IMG/VR virus record: IMGVR_UViG_3300037313_001400
Span: 1 to 60,349 of that record
Direction: 5' to 3' (one strand)
DNA from: a virus
Lineage: Duplodnaviria > Caudoviricetes
DNA: 60,349 nt
Program-made: the position numbers and the translations under genes
Shown: in pieces, positions 56,004 through 60,349 of the stretch
Layout: each line of letters starts with the position of its first letter
Numbering within the stretch: position 1 is the stretch's first letter
The notes under the pieces: model-generated
Seen by the model: only the letters and a program-made list of their open reading frames with translations
Database searches by the model: none
What the model was told of the DNA's origin: nothing

Positions 56004-56285
56004 CTAAGAACGAAAGCGATCCAGGATGTTCCGGCCCAGCGCATAGCGGAGTCGAATGCCCAGGTTGGTCTCGAGGTTCACGTAGTGATTACTGGGCAAT
56101 CCACACCCAAGGCAGACCGGCCTCCGAGTGACTTCATCCTTCTGCCAGTGAATGAACGTCTCGCGGTTCATCTCACATTCACAGAACTCGGTCGGGATGT
56201 CACCGACCCAGACAACCCGTCGGCCTGCTTTTGTGATGAAGCCCTGCACAGCCTCGTCGTTGATACGAAGCAGAACCCACTTCAC
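56004..56285 (-). CDS. Zn-finger protein, paralog of 56456-56836
   Basis: KWVLL...CEC...CLGCGLP. Confidence 0.65.
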   Translation of the reverse strand: MKWVLLRINDEAVQGFITKAGRRVVWVGDIPTEFCECEMNRETFIHWQKDEVTRRPVCLGCGLPSNHYVNLETNLGIRLRYALGRNILDRFRS

Positions 56286-56446
56286 GGGCGCAGCCCCTTG
56301 ACCATTTCGGCGAGTTCCTTGGCGTAGACCCGCTGCAGTCGCTTGGCCTGCCTCGGCGTGGGGTTATAGCCCCAGCCGATGATGCCCATCTCCTTGATCC
56401 CCCGCTGGCGGGCGTAGATCTTAGCGAGGGCGTAGGCTTTCATCAT
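56282..56446 (-). CDS. Small basic protein (54 aa)
   Basis: AAGGAG RBS; MMKAYALAKIY...TPRQAKRL; not in the ORF track. Confidence 0.6.
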   Translation of the reverse strand: MMKAYALAKIYARQRGIKEMGIIGWGYNPTPRQAKRLQRVYAKELAEMVKGLRP

Positions 56447-56455
56447 GGTCACTCC

Positions 56456-56836
56456 TTAGGCGTTGAACTGGCCGGTGTCCGTGGTGAGCTTACCCGTTTC
56501 GGGGTCGACCACCCACCTCACCGAGAGGTGTGCAGCCCTGAAGCTGGTGTGGACCCCATTAGTGTAGCGCTCGTCGAACTCACTCCACACCACCTGATGG
56601 CCGCCGGGGCGGGGCTTGTGGCACCTCGGGCAGAGCATCCATTTGTACTTGGCGCCCTGCACGTCGATGATGGAGCCCCCTATGTTCCTCACCGGCTCCG
56701 GGCATTCACAGGCGGATAGGGCCCGCGGGAATACTGCCGCAACCCGAACCCCCTTACTCACCATGGCTTGGAACTTCACGATGAGTTTGCCGGCGAGACT
56801 ATTGGAGTCGACCTCAAGCAGGATGTACTTGGCCAC
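56456..56836 (-). CDS. Zn-finger protein
   Basis: KYILL...CEC...CPRCHKP. Confidence 0.7.
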   Translation of the reverse strand: MAKYILLEVDSNSLAGKLIVKFQAMVSKGVRVAAVFPRALSACECPEPVRNIGGSIIDVQGAKYKWMLCPRCHKPRPGGHQVVWSEFDERYTNGVHTSFRAAHLSVRWVVDPETGKLTTDTGQFNA

Positions 56837-57057
56837 TAGTTCTTCCCCTGATAGATCATAGTCTCGGTGAGGGCCTCGGTATGGTGCATGACAGCCAGCC
56901 AGTGCTTACGGATATCCCGGGCATGTTCCCTGATCTCCCTCTTGCACTGCCTCAGGGTCTTGAACTCACCATGCAAGTTCCCAGCCTCAGAAGCGGGTCG
57001 GATGGTGGGGTATGGCGGGTCATCCCAGTCAACCCAAAAGTTTTGCTTGTTCATCAT
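56836..57057 (-). CDS. Hypothetical protein
   Basis: GGAGG RBS. Confidence 0.65.
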   Translation of the reverse strand: MMNKQNFWVDWDDPPYPTIRPASEAGNLHGEFKTLRQCKREIREHARDIRKHWLAVMHHTEALTETMIYQGKN

Positions 57058-57243
57058 TGTTCACCTCCATTCGATCGAATCTGATGTGGCAATGATATGC
57101 TCGCGTATATGGGTCGTCAAATGCCCTGATCCCTTCCCGTAACCGCCTGGCCACCTTGACTTGGGGGCACGGAAGGGGTAAATTTGCCTCATCGAAAAAC
57201 GCCCGACCCAATGGGCCTTACCCACTACTTAGGAGCACCCAAC

Positions 57244-57894
57244 ATGGCTGCCACCCGCCGCCCCACCAAGAAGACGACCGCTGCCAAGGCGAAGCCGGCA
57301 CCGGCCCCCGTCGAGGTCGAGGACGAGGAGCTGGAGCTGACCGAGGACGACGTCGAGGAGACCGACGACAACGAGGACCAGGCGGACGAGGTCGAGGACA
57401 GCGAGGACGACGAGCTCGAGGAGCTCGAGGAGGACGAGGTCGAGGAGACCAAGCCCACCACCAAGAAGGCCGCCTCCGCCCCGTCCTTCGGTATCCGCGA
57501 GCTCGTCGCCCTCATCAAGGCCGAGACCGGTGACGACACCACCCCGCGCGCCGTTCGCATTCTGATCCGCAAGCTGGCCCGCGACGAGTCCGGCCGGGTC
57601 AACCGCGAGATCAAGGCCGGCAACAAGGAGCGCTACAGCTGGACCGGCCCGAACGACGCCGAGGTCCGCGCGATCGTCGCGGCCTACAAGGGCGGCGAGC
57701 TCGAGGAGGAGAAGAAGGCGAAGCTCGAGGCCCTGAAGAAGCAGAAGGCCGCGAAGCTCGCCGCCGAGAAGGCCGACGGGGACAAGGCGCCGACCAAGAA
57801 GGTCGCGAAGAAGACCGCCGCGAAGAAGGCCAAGCCGGAGCCGGTCGAGGAGGTCGAGGACGACGAGGAGCTCGACTTCGACCCCGAGGACTAA
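57244..57894 (+). CDS. Acidic / Lys-Ala-rich nucleoid-like DNA-binding protein
   Basis: TTGACT-17-TAAATT promoter; D/E tract, central HTH-like core, KKTAAKKA tail; strong codon bias. Confidence 0.8.
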   Translation: MAATRRPTKKTTAAKAKPAPAPVEVEDEELELTEDDVEETDDNEDQADEVEDSEDDELEELEEDEVEETKPTTKKAASAPSFGIRELVALIKAETGDDTTPRAVRILIRKLARDESGRVNREIKAGNKERYSWTGPNDAEVRAIVAAYKGGELEEEKKAKLEALKKQKAAKLAAEKADGDKAPTKKVAKKTAAKKAKPEPVEEVEDDEELDFDPED

Positions 57895-58071
57895 TCAAAC
57901 CATACTGCTTGGGGGTTAACCGTTAAGCAGCGGTTGACTTAAACGACAGAAGCTATACAACAGCGCGCCCACCTCGAAGGCCCATCTATCGGTCACCCCC
58001 CCTGCCGATCTCGATGGGTCTTCTTGGTGTGTCGCTTTGACAACGTAGCCGACGTCAGATATACTGATGCC

Positions 58072-58332
58072 ATGATCTTGACCCAGAAACTCATCACCTA
58101 CCTAACCGCTATTCAGAGTAAGGTTCTGAAGGGCGAACCGATCAATGCTCCCGACTATTGCCCCGAGTGTGGCAATTCGGGATCGGCCGTAAAGCACAAC
58201 TCCGACCACCTCATCATCGAGGACTTCCGGGATGGGGCTCTCGTGGCTTTCGTACTGATCTGCTGCGAAGGTTACTGGACGGTAAACCCCGAGATCGCCG
58301 GATTGCCCCGGGGCAATTGGGCCCCCCTCTAA
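58072..58332 (+). CDS. Hypothetical Cys protein (leaderless)
   Basis: TTGACA-17-TATACT (58037-58065), 6 nt, ATG. Confidence 0.7.
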   Translation: MILTQKLITYLTAIQSKVLKGEPINAPDYCPECGNSGSAVKHNSDHLIIEDFRDGALVAFVLICCEGYWTVNPEIAGLPRGNWAPL

Positions 58333-58410
58333 CTCGACTCGCCCCTTCGGGGGCGCAGTCGTGTGTGGATATCATTTGACTGGTTCCTACGGATAGGATA
58401 GATTGACCTC

Positions 58411-58611
58411 ATGGATAAGACCGAGTTGGATCACATCATTAACTCCAGCATCAACCGAGCTCTGACCCCAGAAGAGCATACCCTGCTGTGGAGTCGGATC
58501 AAGGCCTTGCGGGACCTCGCTGATGAGTTGGAGAATGCAGAAGCTTACGGGGGCGAGTGGGACGCCAATCAGTCAACAGCGGACCGAATTCGTGAGATCC
58601 TGGGCAATTGA
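58411..58611 (+). CDS. Small protein (leaderless)
   Basis: TTGACT-17-TAGATT, 6 nt, ATG. Confidence 0.7.
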   Translation: MDKTELDHIINSSINRALTPEEHTLLWSRIKALRDLADELENAEAYGGEWDANQSTADRIREILGN

Positions 58612-58625
58612 ATATCCGTGCATTT

Positions 58626-58742
58626 CCCCAATCGATCGGCATATCAGTGCGCCTCATTCATCGCGCCCCTAGTGCCCGGGTGATTGTAGGCCTCTCCTAG
58701 CTATCTCCTGATATGCCCAATCAGCGATCGATTGAGTGGGGG
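58626..58742. terminator. Long imperfect hairpin between convergent transcripts
   Basis: CAATCGATCG/CGATCGATTG and GCATATCAG/CTGATATGC arms. Confidence 0.6.
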
Positions 58743-58793
58743 GTCGACACCAAGAAACCCCTCCACACCGAAGCGCAGAGGGGCGATCCTTGG

Positions 58794-60349
58794 TTAACCT
58801 ATCAGGGGTTCGATGCCGAGGGTTCGGACATAGATCGTGGCGGCACCACCTGCGGTATCGACCTTGTGCTGCCAAGTCACCGTGATGGTTTCGCCGATGT
58901 TGGAGCTAGTGATGATACGGTCGGTGCCGGCGGAGGCCTGTACGTAGCTCGAGGTAGCACCGCACATGATCGACCGGGCATCGACGGGGGCCACGATTGT
59001 ACCGCTGACACTGCCCACGATGTTCATGGCACTGAAGACGAAGTGGTTGGTGTTGATGTCCTGCCGTACCATACCGAAGACTCGGAGCTTACCCGAGGGA
59101 GGCACGACGGCAGTCACACTCATCGCGGGGGAACCGGCCGCATAGGAGGTTCCTGAGACACCCACCCCGGTACCCTCCTCGACATAACTCGAGGTCATAG
59201 CCGAGGCGGTCATGGTGGTACCGACCGTAAGACTAGTACCCACCGAGGCGCTGGTGCCGATGGTCAGCTTACCGTCAGTCTTGAGTTCACCGGCCGAGTT
59301 ACGATAGAGGGTGGTGTCCGTTGCCGTGCTACCACCCGGACCCCAGCTGTGCTTACCATCCGCTGTGATCTGCAGTCGATCCTGAGTATCTCCGGTGACC
59401 AGGTAGCTGGCGGCGGGGTTCGATGCCGCCGCCCGGGACAAACTGAGTCGGCCAGTCATGCCTAGGTTCGCAGAGCCAAGGCGAGACAGGGTCGTATCGA
59501 TCACCGCGTTACCCGGGCCCCAGTTAAGGCTACCGTCACTGTAGGCGGCAAAACGGGGCTGGGTGTCAGCCGTGACCTTGGTGGTGACCAGGGCCGTACC
59601 GGTGGCTGCGGTGTAATTGAATGCCACCGTAGAGGTCGGCGAGGTAGTCGAGAAGGTCGCCCCAGCGTTGAAGGCCGGGGTTGCACTGAAGGTCTTGACC
59701 CCGGTGAATGTGCTAGCCCCATCGACATACCCCTTGGTGGCAGCATCCGAGGAACTCACCGGCGTGGCGACTGAGGCAGTACCCGAGACAGCCAGGGTGC
59801 CCGAGACGGCCAATGCTCCCACACCCGAGCGGTAGAGCGTCGCATCGGTAGCGGCATTGCCCGGGCCCCACTTGACCTGACCGTCGGCGAAGATCGCGAT
59901 ACGGTTCTGGGTGTCGGCATTTACCCAGCCACCCATGAGCGGGGTGGTTGCCGACTTGGCTTCGAGCTTAACCACCTCGGAGGTGGCCGAAACCGTACCC
60001 TGTACGACCTTGACTGATACCTCATCGGTCGACGAGGTCACCATCGCCCGGGCACTCAGCGAGGTACCGCTGTTTACACCGAGCTTACCCCCGTTGAAGT
60101 AGGCGTCGGCGGTCCAGGTCTTCTTGCCGGCGGCGGTCTGGTCGGTGCTGAGGTCAACCCCAGCATGCGTGTGGTCAGATCTTGCCGGCGAGGCCGAAGT
60201 GCCCACCGCACCAGCCGAGGCTACTGCTGGGGGTGTGGAAGCACTGAAGTTGTACTGGGCGACCGTGTGCTTGCCCGTACCGTCCAGGGTAGCGACCCCG
60301 TTAACAGCCCCCCTCTGGGTAACTGCCACATAGGTACCGGACAGATCCG
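58794..60349 (-). CDS. Tail fibre / receptor-binding protein, 3' part
   Basis: Gly/Ala/Thr/Ser-rich, three DTQxR...DG...WGPG...DxTLxR repeats; continues the ORF that starts at 727. Confidence 0.8.
   Translation of the reverse strand, partial: DLSGTYVAVTQRGAVNGVATLDGTGKHTVAQYNFSASTPPAVASAGAVGTSASPARSDHTHAGVDLSTDQTAAGKKTWTADAYFNGGKLGVNSGTSLSARAMVTSSTDEVSVKVVQGTVSATSEVVKLEAKSATTPLMGGWVNADTQNRIAIFADGQVKWGPGNAATDATLYRSGVGALAVSGTLAVSGTASVATPVSSSDAATKGYVDGASTFTGVKTFSATPAFNAGATFSTTSPTSTVAFNYTAATGTALVTTKVTADTQPRFAAYSDGSLNWGPGNAVIDTTLSRLGSANLGMTGRLSLSRAAASNPAASYLVTGDTQDRLQITADGKHSWGPGGSTATDTTLYRNSAGELKTDGKLTIGTSASVGTSLTVGTTMTASAMTSSYVEEGTGVGVSGTSYAAGSPAMSVTAVVPPSGKLRVFGMVRQDINTNHFVFSAMNIVGSVSGTIVAPVDARSIMCGATSSYVQASAGTDRIITSSNIGETITVTWQHKVDTAGGAATIYVRTLGIEPLIG
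60170..60349. repeat. Terminal overlap, copy 2
   Basis: Direct repeat of 1-180 with one mismatch. Confidence 0.95.

Noticed and set aside
57895-58030. Possible tRNA or ncRNA
   Set aside because: Only simple hairpins; no cloverleaf or T-loop consensus seen here or elsewhere by eye
58794-60349. Diversity-generating retroelement target
   Set aside because: No reverse transcriptase or template repeat was found; a single T/G mismatch is not enough evidence

Overview
The window is an apparently complete, circularly permuted tailed-phage genome of 60,169 bp plus a 180-bp assembly overlap (1-180 = 60170-60349, one mismatch). It is a siphovirus-type actinophage, most likely infecting Streptomyces (inferred from the endolysin type, GC-rich codons and HrdB-like promoters). 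No integrase was seen, so it is probably lytic. Almost all genes are on the minus strand. Reading the minus strand, a promoter-dense early cassette (about 32.3-29.4 kb) and small genes lead into TerS, a JAB protein, TerL, portal, scaffold, capsid, tail and lysis genes, then a tail fibre gene that crosses the junction. These are followed by a helicase, a nucleotide-modification module, a UDG-PolA fusion, recombination genes, a Tad2-like gene, a plus-strand island and a primase-helicase. Main highlights: (1) a candidate new cytosine-modification pathway with two divergent thymidylate-synthase-fold paralogs that both carry the dCMP-type Asp, plus a dNMP kinase, an all-alpha dNTPase, a dCMP deaminase and a polymerase with a degenerate UDG domain; (2) an early segment of about 3.3-3.9 kb that appears synonymously purged of AGCT (and largely of GTAC and RGCY), flanked by two structured non-coding regions that share a CCAAAWCGGAC motif (candidate first-injected segment or long terminal repeat); (3) several families of dispersed regulatory motifs, many leaderless promoters, a predicted +1 frameshift, and anti-defence candidates. 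All k-mer counts were made by eye, and all family assignments come from motif recognition, not database searches.
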